NCBI GenBank assembly: GCA_028150825.1
Contig: JAOGIM010000004.1
Location: 16,555-80,554 of the forward strand
Source of the DNA: Paracoccaceae bacterium
GTDB taxonomy: Bacteria > Pseudomonadota > Alphaproteobacteria > Rhodobacterales > Rhodobacteraceae
Reading direction: 5' to 3'
DNA: 64,000 nt
The position numbers were made by a program, and so were the translations under genes. Within the stretch, counting starts at the first letter, position 1; each line of letters opens with the position of its first letter. A model generated the notes under the pieces. It saw nothing but the letters and a program-made list of their open reading frames with translations. It was not told where the DNA came from and searched no databases. Below are positions 10,445 to 20,038 of the stretch, one piece after another.

Positions 10445-11020
10445 ATGCCGTTAATTGAATGCACGCTAATTGAAGGATACGATGCAGATACACGTCGTTT
10501 GGTATCAGAGCGTATTACTGATGCTGCATGTTCTGCGATTGGTGCATCGCCTGATTTTGTAATTGTTACCATAAAAGAAGTCGCGCCAGAAAATTATATG
10601 CGAGGTCGAAGCCAAAAAACGCCTGCTCCTGCTGCGTTGCAGCCTGATGAGATTGTGAAAAAGTTCCTTACCTCGATGCAGGATCAACAGCTTGACGATG
10701 CACAAAAGTGGCTTGCTGATGGAGCACAGATGATATTTCCAAATGGACAATGTTTTACAGATTTGTCTGATCTAATGGCATGGACGAAAACTCGTTATCA
10801 ATCCGTTTTGAAAACGTTTGAACGCATTGAGACCACATTCAAAAGTCAAGATGCGTCGGTCTATTGTTATGGAACATTGCAAGGTGTGTCGCTGGACGGA
10901 AGGCCGTTTGAAAACATTCGTTTTATTGATCGGTTTGCCATAAGCAATGGTAAGATAACTCAACAAGAAGTTTGGAACGACCTAGCGCAAGCAGAGGTAG
11001 TAAAAAATGAAATTATCTAA
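10445..11020 (+). CDS. 4-oxalocrotonate tautomerase-like domain fused to a SnoaL/NTF2-like domain
   Basis: GAGGAG is positioned before the ATG at 10445. The product starts MPLIECTL (Pro1 after Met, the tautomerase hallmark). After a PAPAALQP linker comes about 125 aa of NTF2-like sequence. Confidence 0.7.
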   Translation: MPLIECTLIEGYDADTRRLVSERITDAACSAIGASPDFVIVTIKEVAPENYMRGRSQKTPAPAALQPDEIVKKFLTSMQDQQLDDAQKWLADGAQMIFPNGQCFTDLSDLMAWTKTRYQSVLKTFERIETTFKSQDASVYCYGTLQGVSLDGRPFENIRFIDRFAISNGKITQQEVWNDLAQAEVVKNEII

Positions 11021-11399
11021 AATTAGATCAATGGTAAAAACTTATTTTCGCGGCGTTGACGACGAAGATTTGTCATTATTACTTGGGACGCTTTCTGAAG
11101 AGTGCGTGTTTTCCATTGAAACACATGGCATAAAATTAATTGGTCATGATGCGATTAGCGGAATGTTCCATCGTCTTTGGTCAAATCATAAATGGGTGCG
11201 CCATGATCAGTTTTCCTTTGTTGAAGATACACAAAATGATGCAATAGCGGTCCGGTTCATGGTAACGAACCAACTGCCTGATGATCAACTCGTCTATAAA
11301 TCAAACTGCAATTTTTTCACCCTCAAAGGTAATAAATTTAGTGAAGTTCGGGTTTATATGTCTGGTGAGAATACACTGGACCATGCCAATCAGTCTTAA
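11007..11399 (+). CDS. SnoaL/NTF2-like small protein
   Basis: 130 aa. The pattern YFRGVDDEDLSLLLGTLSEECVF is typical of SnoaL-like cyclase/NTF2 folds. The start is uncertain (11007 or 11031). Confidence 0.6.
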   Translation: MKLSKIRSMVKTYFRGVDDEDLSLLLGTLSEECVFSIETHGIKLIGHDAISGMFHRLWSNHKWVRHDQFSFVEDTQNDAIAVRFMVTNQLPDDQLVYKSNCNFFTLKGNKFSEVRVYMSGENTLDHANQS

Positions 11400-12160
11400 T
11401 GGTCAAAATCCCCAGCAGCCTTAAGCATTGCATGCAGCATCTTATCGCGTGGTACTGGCGACTTAGGATAGGCCACACTGCTATGGCTAAGCCCTAAACC
11501 AAGAAGTGATTCAACCATTTTATATGTCAATGGGCCAGGATTGATCACTGGTACTTCCAGAACGCTGGAAAGATAGGCATGGGCCTGATGCATTGTCGTT
11601 GAGCCCAAAAGAATAACATCTGCACCGTCTTCATCTATAGCTTGGCGCGCTGACTTTTCTAACAAAGGAAAAATATCATCTTCCTTTCCGCCAAGCAGGG
11701 CTTGGTTGTCGGGAGCAACATCAATGGACCGCATAGATGCTAAGTGTGCCTGCAAGCCAAGATCTTTTACTATCTTCTCATAAAGATGAAACCATTTGCG
11801 CCACATCGTGACGATTGAAAACCGCTGACCAAGCATCATCGCCGTAAGCATCGATGCACGACCAGGTCCAACAACGGGAATAGATAGGGTTGATCGTAAA
11901 GCGGCCACACCTGAATCGCTCATCGTATCGACACAGACAGCGTCAAAGCCTTCCAATTCTGCCGTTAATCCTGCTTCGAGGATAGTTATATCAGCCAACA
12001 CCATATCCGCTTCGGAGATATAGTTTTTTGGCCCAGCTTTCACAGGACGGAAGGTGAATTCCATATCATTAGAAAGCTGAACAGAGCCAAGCTGTTGTTT
12101 GCGCATAGCCAGATTTTCATTTGACATAGGGAAGGGGACTATCACTAAAATTTGCTTCAT
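11396..12160 (-). CDS. Asp/Glu/hydantoin racemase superfamily protein
   Basis: 254 aa. The overall pattern resembles HyuE/maleate-isomerase-like proteins (AVCVDTMSDSGV..., ILLGSTTMH...). Confidence 0.7.
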   Translation of the reverse strand: MKQILVIVPFPMSNENLAMRKQQLGSVQLSNDMEFTFRPVKAGPKNYISEADMVLADITILEAGLTAELEGFDAVCVDTMSDSGVAALRSTLSIPVVGPGRASMLTAMMLGQRFSIVTMWRKWFHLYEKIVKDLGLQAHLASMRSIDVAPDNQALLGGKEDDIFPLLEKSARQAIDEDGADVILLGSTTMHQAHAYLSSVLEVPVINPGPLTYKMVESLLGLGLSHSSVAYPKSPVPRDKMLHAMLKAAGDFDH

Positions 12161-12217
12161 CTTTTTAACCGCCTATGCAAGCATTGATAAATCTTCGTTA
12201 GTATAAGGACGCCACCA

Positions 12218-12958
12218 ATGATCACACTTGTCAATAGAAGCCTATTTATAAGTGGTGTTGGATCGGGGATCGGGCTTGCGACCGCGCGTCTTGCCCATAG
12301 CCTTGGAGCAATGGTGTCTGGTACCGTTTTAAGTGACGATCAGATCGGAAATTTGGAAGGCATCATCCCTGAAGAGCGCTGTTTTAAACTTGATGTGACG
12401 GATGGTGTTGCTTTGAAGGCTGCAGTCGATAAAGCGGCGTCTAGATGCGGTGGCCTTAATGGAGTTGTTACCTCAGCGGGCATTATAAAACTGCTTACCA
12501 GTGAAAACACTAAACCCGATGACTGGGCTCGTATTCTCGATGTCAATTTGAGCGCTAGCTTTAACCTTGCTCGATATTCAATCCCTTATTTGCGAAAAGG
12601 CACATCGGGCTCTATTATAATGATCTCTAGTCAGATTGGATTGGTTGGGCATCGCAATGCAGCTGCTTATGCAGCATCTAAATCAGCCATTAATGGATTG
12701 GCAAGATCTATGGCGCTTGAACTTGCAAGCGAAAATATTCGGGTAAATGCTATTGCTCCAGGGCCAGTCGCAACTGATATGACGGCTGAAACTCGGGCAA
12801 ATAAAGACAGGTCTGATACATTGCGAGATAGCATCCCTCTTGGACGATTTGGCACAGCCGAAGAGATCGCAAATCTCGCAGTTTTCTTACTATCTGAGGC
12901 GTCTTCTTTTATTACTGGACAGGTTGTCGTTGCCGATGGCGGCTTCACTGCACAATAA
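12218..12958 (+). CDS. Short-chain dehydrogenase/reductase (FabG-like)
   Basis: 246 aa with SGVGSGIG Rossmann motif, NAAAYAASK catalytic YxxxK and the PGPVATDM segment. Confidence 0.9.
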   Translation: MITLVNRSLFISGVGSGIGLATARLAHSLGAMVSGTVLSDDQIGNLEGIIPEERCFKLDVTDGVALKAAVDKAASRCGGLNGVVTSAGIIKLLTSENTKPDDWARILDVNLSASFNLARYSIPYLRKGTSGSIIMISSQIGLVGHRNAAAYAASKSAINGLARSMALELASENIRVNAIAPGPVATDMTAETRANKDRSDTLRDSIPLGRFGTAEEIANLAVFLLSEASSFITGQVVVADGGFTAQ

Positions 12959-13660
12959 TCACAAGCCCAGATACGATTTTTTCAAATCGCTATTTTCACG
13001 TAACTCATCGGCGCGGCCAGAAAGGCTCACAGTACCTTCTGAAATAACATAAGCACGGTCTGCGATTGAAAGAGATTGTATCACATTCTGCTCAACTAGA
13101 ATGACTGACAAACCGCCTTCATTTATCTGTTTAATCAAATTAAACATTTGCTCTACAAGTAATGGCGAAAGGCCGAGTGATGGTTCATCCAGCAAAAGAA
13201 TACGTGGTTCGCTCATCAGACCGCGACCTATAGCAACCATTTGTTGCTCTCCGCCCGACAGTGTTCCAGCAGTTTGGCTGATGCGGTCTCTAAGCTTTGG
13301 AAAAATTTCCAAAACGCGCTCAAGATTTTTGGCGCGATTGGGTTTACCACGTCGATAGCTGCCCAGCTCAAGGTTTTCCTTAACGGATAAGTTTGGGAAA
13401 AGCTTGCGTCCCTCTGGAACATGAATAAGGCCCATATCAACAATTTCTACTGGATCACGGCTCGAAATAAGTACATTCTCAAAATAGATTTCACCAGAGG
13501 TTGGCTTAATCAGCCCAGACAAAGTATTATTTAGCGTTGTTTTGCCAACTCCGTTGCTGCCTAATACAGCAACAATTTCTCCCTCGCCAACTTCAATATT
13601 TACATCCCGCAGAACATTAACCAAGTCATATCCAGCGTGTAATTCATGGATCTTAATCAT
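12959..13660 (-). CDS. livF: Branched-chain-amino-acid-type ABC transporter ATPase (LivF-like)
   Basis: Walker A GSNGVGKTT, signature LSGGEQQ, Walker B LLLDEPS. Start placed at MIKIHELHAGY, just after the livG stop. Confidence 0.9.
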   Translation of the reverse strand: MIKIHELHAGYDLVNVLRDVNIEVGEGEIVAVLGSNGVGKTTLNNTLSGLIKPTSGEIYFENVLISSRDPVEIVDMGLIHVPEGRKLFPNLSVKENLELGSYRRGKPNRAKNLERVLEIFPKLRDRISQTAGTLSGGEQQMVAIGRGLMSEPRILLLDEPSLGLSPLLVEQMFNLIKQINEGGLSVILVEQNVIQSLSIADRAYVISEGTVSLSGRADELRENSDLKKSYLGL

Positions 13661-13664
13661 TTTT

Positions 13665-14399
13665 TCACCCTCGCGCCATAGTTTTAGCGGCGCCATGCCC
13701 GAGGTATGCCTCGATAACGGCAGGATCAGAGGCGATAGAATTGGGTGTACCGTGTGCAATTAATTTACCATCGTTCAAAACATAGGTTCGATCGGAAAGG
13801 TTGACCACTGCCTTCATCACATGTTCGATCAAAAAAATCGTAATACCGGTGTCCCTAATACCTTTGATGACATCTACTATCTCATCAATTTCGGTTGGGT
13901 TTAGTCCGGCCATTACTTCGTCTAATAGCAGCAATTGCGGATCGGTAGCTAAGGCGCGCGCTAGCTCAAGGCGTTTTCTCGCAGCTACTGTTAATCCATC
14001 CGCTGTTTGATATAGAAGGGAGGTCATACCGACAATTTCAGCAACGCGTTCAGCGTTCGATTTTGCAAGAGGTTTGTTACTCGTGTTTGCGTAAGCACCG
14101 ATCATGATGTTCTCGAGTGTATTCAACGTCGCAAAAGGCTGTGTAATCTGGAACGTTCTCACCATACCCTGCTTGCAAATTTTATGTGGCTTCAACTTGG
14201 TTATCGATGTGCCATTTAAAATGACTTCACCCTCATCGGGCTTTAGAAATCCAGCAATACTTGCAAATAATGTTGTCTTACCAGCGCCGTTTGGTCCAAT
14301 GAGCGAGACAATCTCACCTTTCGCAACATCTAGGTCAACATCTGATACCGCAACCAGCCCGCCAAAGCGTTTTGTAAGGCTTTTTACCTCAAGCATCAT
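13665..14399 (-). CDS. livG: Branched-chain-amino-acid-type ABC transporter ATPase (LivG-like)
   Basis: Walker A GPNGAGKTT, Walker B LLLLDEVMAGL, C-terminal AYLG. Start placed at MMLEVKSL. Confidence 0.9.
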   Translation of the reverse strand: MMLEVKSLTKRFGGLVAVSDVDLDVAKGEIVSLIGPNGAGKTTLFASIAGFLKPDEGEVILNGTSITKLKPHKICKQGMVRTFQITQPFATLNTLENIMIGAYANTSNKPLAKSNAERVAEIVGMTSLLYQTADGLTVAARKRLELARALATDPQLLLLDEVMAGLNPTEIDEIVDVIKGIRDTGITIFLIEHVMKAVVNLSDRTYVLNDGKLIAHGTPNSIASDPAVIEAYLGHGAAKTMARG

Positions 14400-15357
14400 T
14401 GTCTTCCTTGTTCTTCTGGGTTTTGCGGAATAGTCCAATGAGCCCATTTGGTAGGTATGAGATAATCACAATCAGAATAAAGCCGTAAACAATCAAGCTG
14501 AGTCCAGGGGTACTAATAAAGTGGCGGGCAATCTCATTTACAGTATGAAGAACAAATGAGCCAATAAGTGGCCCAAAAACTGTGCCCATGCCACCAACAA
14601 TCGTGACCAAAAGCATTTCCACCGAAAGCGCTATTGAATATGAAATTGGTGGATCAATATATAGGTACTTCTGAGCATAAAACGTACCTGCTGCACCACC
14701 CATGCCGCCCATTATCATGATCGCATAGATCTTACATTTAAGTGTATCGACGCCAAGGGCCTCTGCCGCATCTTCGTTTTCACGGATCGCAACTAGTTGC
14801 GCTCCGAAACGAGAGTGTTCAAGCCACATTGCTATGGCAAGTGAAATCACTAGCAGAATGAGCGAGAAGTAATAAAACCCAGTTGGTGAAGTAAACTGAA
14901 GATTATACAAACCAGGCGCATAGCTTAAAAACAAGCCTACACCGCCGCCTGTAAATTCAACGGAATTGGCCAATACGCGCAATAATTCTGCAAAGGCGAG
15001 TGTAATAAGGGCAAAGTAAGACCCCCGTAATCCTGAGCGAAAGCTAAGATAGCCGACTACTAATCCCAACAGTGCTCCCATGAAAATAGCTGCAAAAATT
15101 CCTATGATCGGGGGCAATCCAAAACTGCTCAATAATATTGAGGAAGTATATGCACCTGTACCAAAAAACATTACTCCGCCGAAAGAAAACTGCCCTGCAT
15201 AACCACCTAGAATATTCCAAGATTGGCCAAGGTAGGCAGTAAAGAAGATCAAGGTTAGTACATCAAGCTGAAACTTACTTGAGATACCAAACGGAGCAAG
15301 TACTGCTACGAGCAAACCGAGAGCCATAAAAAAAGTTGATTGAAAGGGCAATTTCAT
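14389..15357 (-). CDS. livM: HAAT-family ABC permease (LivM-like)
   Basis: 322 aa, polytopic hydrophobic, in a livH-livM-livG-livF arrangement. Confidence 0.9.
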   Translation of the reverse strand: MKLPFQSTFFMALGLLVAVLAPFGISSKFQLDVLTLIFFTAYLGQSWNILGGYAGQFSFGGVMFFGTGAYTSSILLSSFGLPPIIGIFAAIFMGALLGLVVGYLSFRSGLRGSYFALITLAFAELLRVLANSVEFTGGGVGLFLSYAPGLYNLQFTSPTGFYYFSLILLVISLAIAMWLEHSRFGAQLVAIRENEDAAEALGVDTLKCKIYAIMIMGGMGGAAGTFYAQKYLYIDPPISYSIALSVEMLLVTIVGGMGTVFGPLIGSFVLHTVNEIARHFISTPGLSLIVYGFILIVIISYLPNGLIGLFRKTQKNKEDNDA

Positions 15358-16232
15358 ACTTTGCTTCCAAAGATGCCAGTCGGCTTAAAGATTAAAATTA
15401 GGATAAAGATTAGGGAAATGCCAATTTGGCCGAGACTTTCGCCTAACAGCAATCCCCCGACAGATTCGGTAACTCCGATAATAAAACCGCCCAATAAAGC
15501 GCCGACAATACTACCCATGCCGCCCAGTACAACAATCGTGAAGGCGATAATGACAAACATATTACCAGTGTACGGATCAACATAGAAAATTGGCAACAAC
15601 ATGCAGCCTGCGGCACCCAAACAGGCAACGCCGATCCCAAAGGTCACAGCAAACACATGTTCAACATCAATACCAACTAGTCGGGCGCCGTCACGCTCCT
15701 TTGCAACGGCACGAATGGCTTTGCCCAGATCAGTGAGTGTCATCAACATCCATAGTAAAACGCATATAACCAGGGACGCTACGAATGAGATCAGCTTGGG
15801 GTACGAAAGGTATAGAAAACCAAGATCAAAGGATTCGTAACTGTAAGGCAGACTTATAGTTTGCTGGTCTCCGGTGAAGAAGAAGAGTGCTGAGTTCTCG
15901 AGGATGATCGAAAGCCCTAAAGTAATCAACAGAATATTTTGATCGCGACCGCCTGATAGCCTACCAATTCCCCATCGATAGATTGTATAACCAAAAACGT
16001 AGCTTGCCGGAGTGACAATTAAAATCGAGATGTAAGGATCGATATTTAAGATTTTGAATAAAAAATATGCAGAATAAAGAGCCAACATTAGCATAGCTCC
16101 ATGGGCAAAATTTATAATATGTAGCACGCCGTAAATAAGTGTTAGGCCAAGTGCTACAAGCGCATAAATGGCCCCAAACATCAGTCCGTTTATGATACCG
16201 GCTGGAAGCAAGGAAAGCGTTACTGAGAACAT
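15354..16232 (-). CDS. livH: HAAT-family ABC permease (LivH-like)
   Basis: 292 aa, polytopic, with INFAHG motif. 4-nt overlap with livM. Confidence 0.9.
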   Translation of the reverse strand: MFSVTLSLLPAGIINGLMFGAIYALVALGLTLIYGVLHIINFAHGAMLMLALYSAYFLFKILNIDPYISILIVTPASYVFGYTIYRWGIGRLSGGRDQNILLITLGLSIILENSALFFFTGDQQTISLPYSYESFDLGFLYLSYPKLISFVASLVICVLLWMLMTLTDLGKAIRAVAKERDGARLVGIDVEHVFAVTFGIGVACLGAAGCMLLPIFYVDPYTGNMFVIIAFTIVVLGGMGSIVGALLGGFIIGVTESVGGLLLGESLGQIGISLIFILILIFKPTGIFGSKV

Positions 16233-16318
16233 TTTCTGACTTTTCTAAAAAATGAAAAAAGAAGTTTTGGCAGCTCTAAACAGCATTTAGAACTGCCAAA
16301 ATCAGCATAATTTTTACA

Positions 16319-17548
16319 TTAGCTGCGAGGGAATATAGCCTTTGCAGAAGCATAAGAAGAAGGTGCAATGATCTGCACGTCGCCTTTTTGCGCCTGAATA
16401 GCGACAGCACGTGAACCCATATTTTGACCGTTTACCATTTTCGTCGGGCCGTATGGCATAAAATCGACCTCAAGCGTTGAACTTGAAAGTGCAGAATTAA
16501 CTGCTTCTTTATCAGTTGTCCCTGCACGCTCAAAACCATCTACAAGAAACATTACAGACATATAAGCACAATAGACTTCAAATGTGAAATATTTGCCATC
16601 TGCCTCGGTACGTGTACGCATTGCCTGACCAGAAGCAGAGCTTGGGTTATACCAATGGTTTACATCAATCATGTTCTCAGCAATTTGTGGCATTTCTTCA
16701 ACAAACTTAAAGTTAAATCCACCGCCAAGGACAGAATAGCTAGCCATAAATTCTACACGCTGTTGGCGCAAAGTTTTCGCCAGTAAAACATATTCGCCCG
16801 GGTAGTTAATAGGCATGATTATATCAGGCTTGGCCGCCTTCAGCCTAAGGGCAATATTATCGAAGTTCCGAGTAGGATTGGCGTGTTTGATGGTTTCGAT
16901 GACGTCTAAGCCATGGCTTGTAAGTGCTTTAGTGACCATTTTGGCTGTACCAGTGCCAAACTCTGACTCTTCATGCACAATAGCAACTGTTTTCGCAGGA
17001 GACCCTGCTGCCTTGTTTATCTCTGCAAGGTTTACAGAAGCATCTGCCGCAATACGTCCGTAACCGTCAGCCATACGGAAGACATTTGGCAGTCCACGCT
17101 GAACCAGTTTGTCCGACACACCCACGTCAATTGAAAATGGAATGTTGTATTTTGCTGCGGCTGCTGATGCTGCAAGGCCAACTGCAGACTGGTAACAGCC
17201 TTGGATAGCATCAACACCTGCCTCATTCATTTTTTCAACTTCAGCGGCGCCAATTTCAGGTTTTGTTTGAGAATCTCCAAGAATTGCTTCCACAGGAGCG
17301 CCACCCAAGGATTTAATACCTCCTGCAGCGTTGACGTCTGCGATAGCCATTTGGGCACCGTAGCGAAGTTGTGCCGCTGGAAATGCTGCCCAGCCAGTCG
17401 CTGGATGGATTAATCCAATTTTTATTGCACTTGCTGCCTGTGCTAGGTGTGGGATGGTCAAACCGGCCGATGCCAGAGCAAATGTAGCCGAAGCTTGTCC
17501 CATAAACTGGCGCCGTGAGCCAGAAAGTAACTCTTTTGTTCTTTTCAT
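16319..17548 (-). CDS. Periplasmic substrate-binding protein of the Liv-type ABC transporter
   Basis: 409 aa. Twin-arginine-like signal SRRQFMGQASATFALASAG...AQAA. Type-I PBP pattern; sits upstream of livHMGF. Confidence 0.85.
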   Translation of the reverse strand: MKRTKELLSGSRRQFMGQASATFALASAGLTIPHLAQAASAIKIGLIHPATGWAAFPAAQLRYGAQMAIADVNAAGGIKSLGGAPVEAILGDSQTKPEIGAAEVEKMNEAGVDAIQGCYQSAVGLAASAAAAKYNIPFSIDVGVSDKLVQRGLPNVFRMADGYGRIAADASVNLAEINKAAGSPAKTVAIVHEESEFGTGTAKMVTKALTSHGLDVIETIKHANPTRNFDNIALRLKAAKPDIIMPINYPGEYVLLAKTLRQQRVEFMASYSVLGGGFNFKFVEEMPQIAENMIDVNHWYNPSSASGQAMRTRTEADGKYFTFEVYCAYMSVMFLVDGFERAGTTDKEAVNSALSSSTLEVDFMPYGPTKMVNGQNMGSRAVAIQAQKGDVQIIAPSSYASAKAIFPRS

Positions 17549-17681
17549 TTTAAACTCCCATTTTTTTATTTGGTACTTTTAAATTCTTATGACTTTATAG
17601 AACTGTAAAAGGTATCTTATGTCCAAAGAATAATATAAAAGATAGAACAATTGCATTAATTTCAATATTGGGGATGCTCAT

Positions 17682-19019
17682 ATGACTGAACACCTCAACG
17701 TGTTTTCAGCGTTTATTCGCCAAACTAACTTTGATCATATTCCCACTGACACTGTATCTAGGGCTAAGTTAATAATAGCAGATTGCATTGGTGCAATTGT
17801 TGGTGGGAGCGCTGAGCCCGAAATGTTGGCTTTTGCCAATTCTATAGCATCTTCTGGCAACGCGCGAATACTGGGCAGCTCGAACTTTGCTGACCCGCAG
17901 ATTGCGAGCCTGATAAATGGAACTGCTGGTACAGTATTAGAAATGGATGAAGGCCACCAATTTGCCCGTGGGCATCCTGGCATGCATGTCCTGCCAGCTT
18001 TGCTTTCTGCGTCAGAAAACGCCGTTGATCCAGTGTCAGGAAGAGACTTTTTAACGGCATTCATAGTTGGTTACGATATCGCTGCGCGGATTGGACTTTC
18101 AACGTCACTCAATCCAAACATGCATCCTCATGGGACATGGGGTGTGGTTGGCGCGGCCGCTGCATTAGGAGCCCTTAACAAACTTAATGAAATACAATTA
18201 TCAGAAATGATAAATATTGCATCGAGCTTAACATTAGCCACAAGCAGAAAAACCATGTTGGAGGGTGGAACGGTTCGCAACGCTTACACTGGAGTTGCTA
18301 ATCAAATGGCTCACTTAGCACATGGCTTGCTAATGGCTGGATTTAGCGGTGAAAAAGATGGCCTGCGCTCAGTATTTGATGGCGTCGTATCATCTTTTTT
18401 TGATGTTGAGGCCGCATTGGAGAAAATAGGAGAGAGATTTGAAGTCAACAGAAATTATTTTAAACTGCACGCGTGTTGTCGCTACAACCACGCGGCTTTG
18501 GATGCCATTTGGATAATGATTGAGCAACACTCTGAACTTCAGTGTCCAAAAGATATTGTACGCATTGATGTTGAGAGTTATTTTCTCGCGGCGGAACTTA
18601 ATAATCAAAAGCCACGCAACGCTCTGGCAGCACGGTTTTCTATACCTTTTGCAATCGCAACGACTTTGATCAACCGGTCCTCAAGTGTCCACAGCTTTAC
18701 AGGTTCTGTCTTGAGCAATCGTGAGATACTGGCTTTAGCGGCAAAAATCACGGTCACAGAAAACAGTGATATGTCAGCTAAGTTACCTGACCTGAGACCT
18801 GCATTGGTTAACATTACTATGAGGAATGGTTTTATTTTTAGCCAAGAAGTTGAGACCAATCGCGGTGATTGGCAGGATCCGTACGATAATGCGCAATTAA
18901 AAGACAAATTTATGAGCTTAACTGCTAGACGTTGGAGTACTAAGATGAGTGAGGCAGTTTATAAAAACCTTATGGTGTTAGATGAACTTCCAGATGTTAG
19001 TAAAGTTTTTGATACTTAA
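17682..19019 (+). CDS. MmgE/PrpD-family protein (2-methylcitrate-dehydratase-like)
   Basis: 445 aa. The pattern ...DCIGAIVGGS...GHPGMHV...HACCRYNHAALDA... is typical of the PrpD family. Confidence 0.85.
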   Translation: MTEHLNVFSAFIRQTNFDHIPTDTVSRAKLIIADCIGAIVGGSAEPEMLAFANSIASSGNARILGSSNFADPQIASLINGTAGTVLEMDEGHQFARGHPGMHVLPALLSASENAVDPVSGRDFLTAFIVGYDIAARIGLSTSLNPNMHPHGTWGVVGAAAALGALNKLNEIQLSEMINIASSLTLATSRKTMLEGGTVRNAYTGVANQMAHLAHGLLMAGFSGEKDGLRSVFDGVVSSFFDVEAALEKIGERFEVNRNYFKLHACCRYNHAALDAIWIMIEQHSELQCPKDIVRIDVESYFLAAELNNQKPRNALAARFSIPFAIATTLINRSSSVHSFTGSVLSNREILALAAKITVTENSDMSAKLPDLRPALVNITMRNGFIFSQEVETNRGDWQDPYDNAQLKDKFMSLTARRWSTKMSEAVYKNLMVLDELPDVSKVFDT

Positions 19020-19240
19020 AATTTATGCAATTCTTTAACAGATCTATGAGCGTTCATACGGTGAAACGATTTATTGTCTGAACTAGTCTATAACACGGTG
19101 ATAGCTGCTGAAATTCAGTCATAAATATTCCACCGCAACACGATGTCAGATCTTTTGGATGCTGCATCAGATATTTTTTGTTAAGTGTATGCGTTATAAA
19201 GGAATTATCTAACCCTCTATATTATAGACTTATAAATAGA

Positions 19241-20038
19241 TTAAGACGGTTTTCTCCAAACTGACCCTATAGTGGTGAAGATGGCAAAAAAGGTTGAAGC
19301 AACGCATACAATGGATGGCCCGGCGGGTGTATCAAAAACATAAGCCGCCTTTAGGCCTGCTACGGCTGAAATAATACCTATCACAGCACCCATGACCGCC
19401 ATCGCTTCTGGTGTGCGGGCCAGATTGCGCGCTGCAGCAGTAGGTATGATCAACATTGCTGCAATTAGCAGGACGCCCACGACCTTAATTGCAACTGCAA
19501 CAGTAATCCCCAATGAAAGAGTGAGGATAAGCTTTTCACGGTTTGGATTTAGGCCGCTTGCATGGGCCAATTCCTCATTTAATGTTGTGATCAAGAGAGG
19601 GGACCATCTCCAAGAGATGAGTGCAATAACTAGCGCAGCACCACCCCAGATTATTGCAAGATCAGCATGCGAAACAGCAAGAATATCTCCAAACAGATAC
19701 GCCATGAGGTCAATTCTTATGCCAGATAGGAACGATACGACCACTAAACCAACAGCTAGTGTTGAATGTGCTAAAACACCTAAAAGCGTGTCTATCGCAT
19801 AGCCTCGCGCAGAAAGCTGCGTAACTGTCCATGCCATCAAGAGAGATACTGATAGCGCGCCTGCAAAAATCGAAATTTCCATAGCTAACGATAAAGCTAT
19901 GCCCAAGATTGCTGCATGCGCAGTGGCATCTCCAAAATAGGCCATCCGGCGCCACACAACGAAACACCCTAACGGAGCTGCTGCTAAGGCAACTCCAATG
20001 CCAGCTAATGCAGCGCGCATCATGAAATCGTCTAGCAT
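19241..20038 (-). CDS. znuB: Zinc ABC transporter permease
   Basis: 265 aa, polytopic. Located in the zur-znuC-znuB operon; its ATG overlaps the znuC stop. Confidence 0.9.
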   Translation of the reverse strand: MLDDFMMRAALAGIGVALAAAPLGCFVVWRRMAYFGDATAHAAILGIALSLAMEISIFAGALSVSLLMAWTVTQLSARGYAIDTLLGVLAHSTLAVGLVVVSFLSGIRIDLMAYLFGDILAVSHADLAIIWGGAALVIALISWRWSPLLITTLNEELAHASGLNPNREKLILTLSLGITVAVAIKVVGVLLIAAMLIIPTAAARNLARTPEAMAVMGAVIGIISAVAGLKAAYVFDTPAGPSIVCVASTFFAIFTTIGSVWRKPS

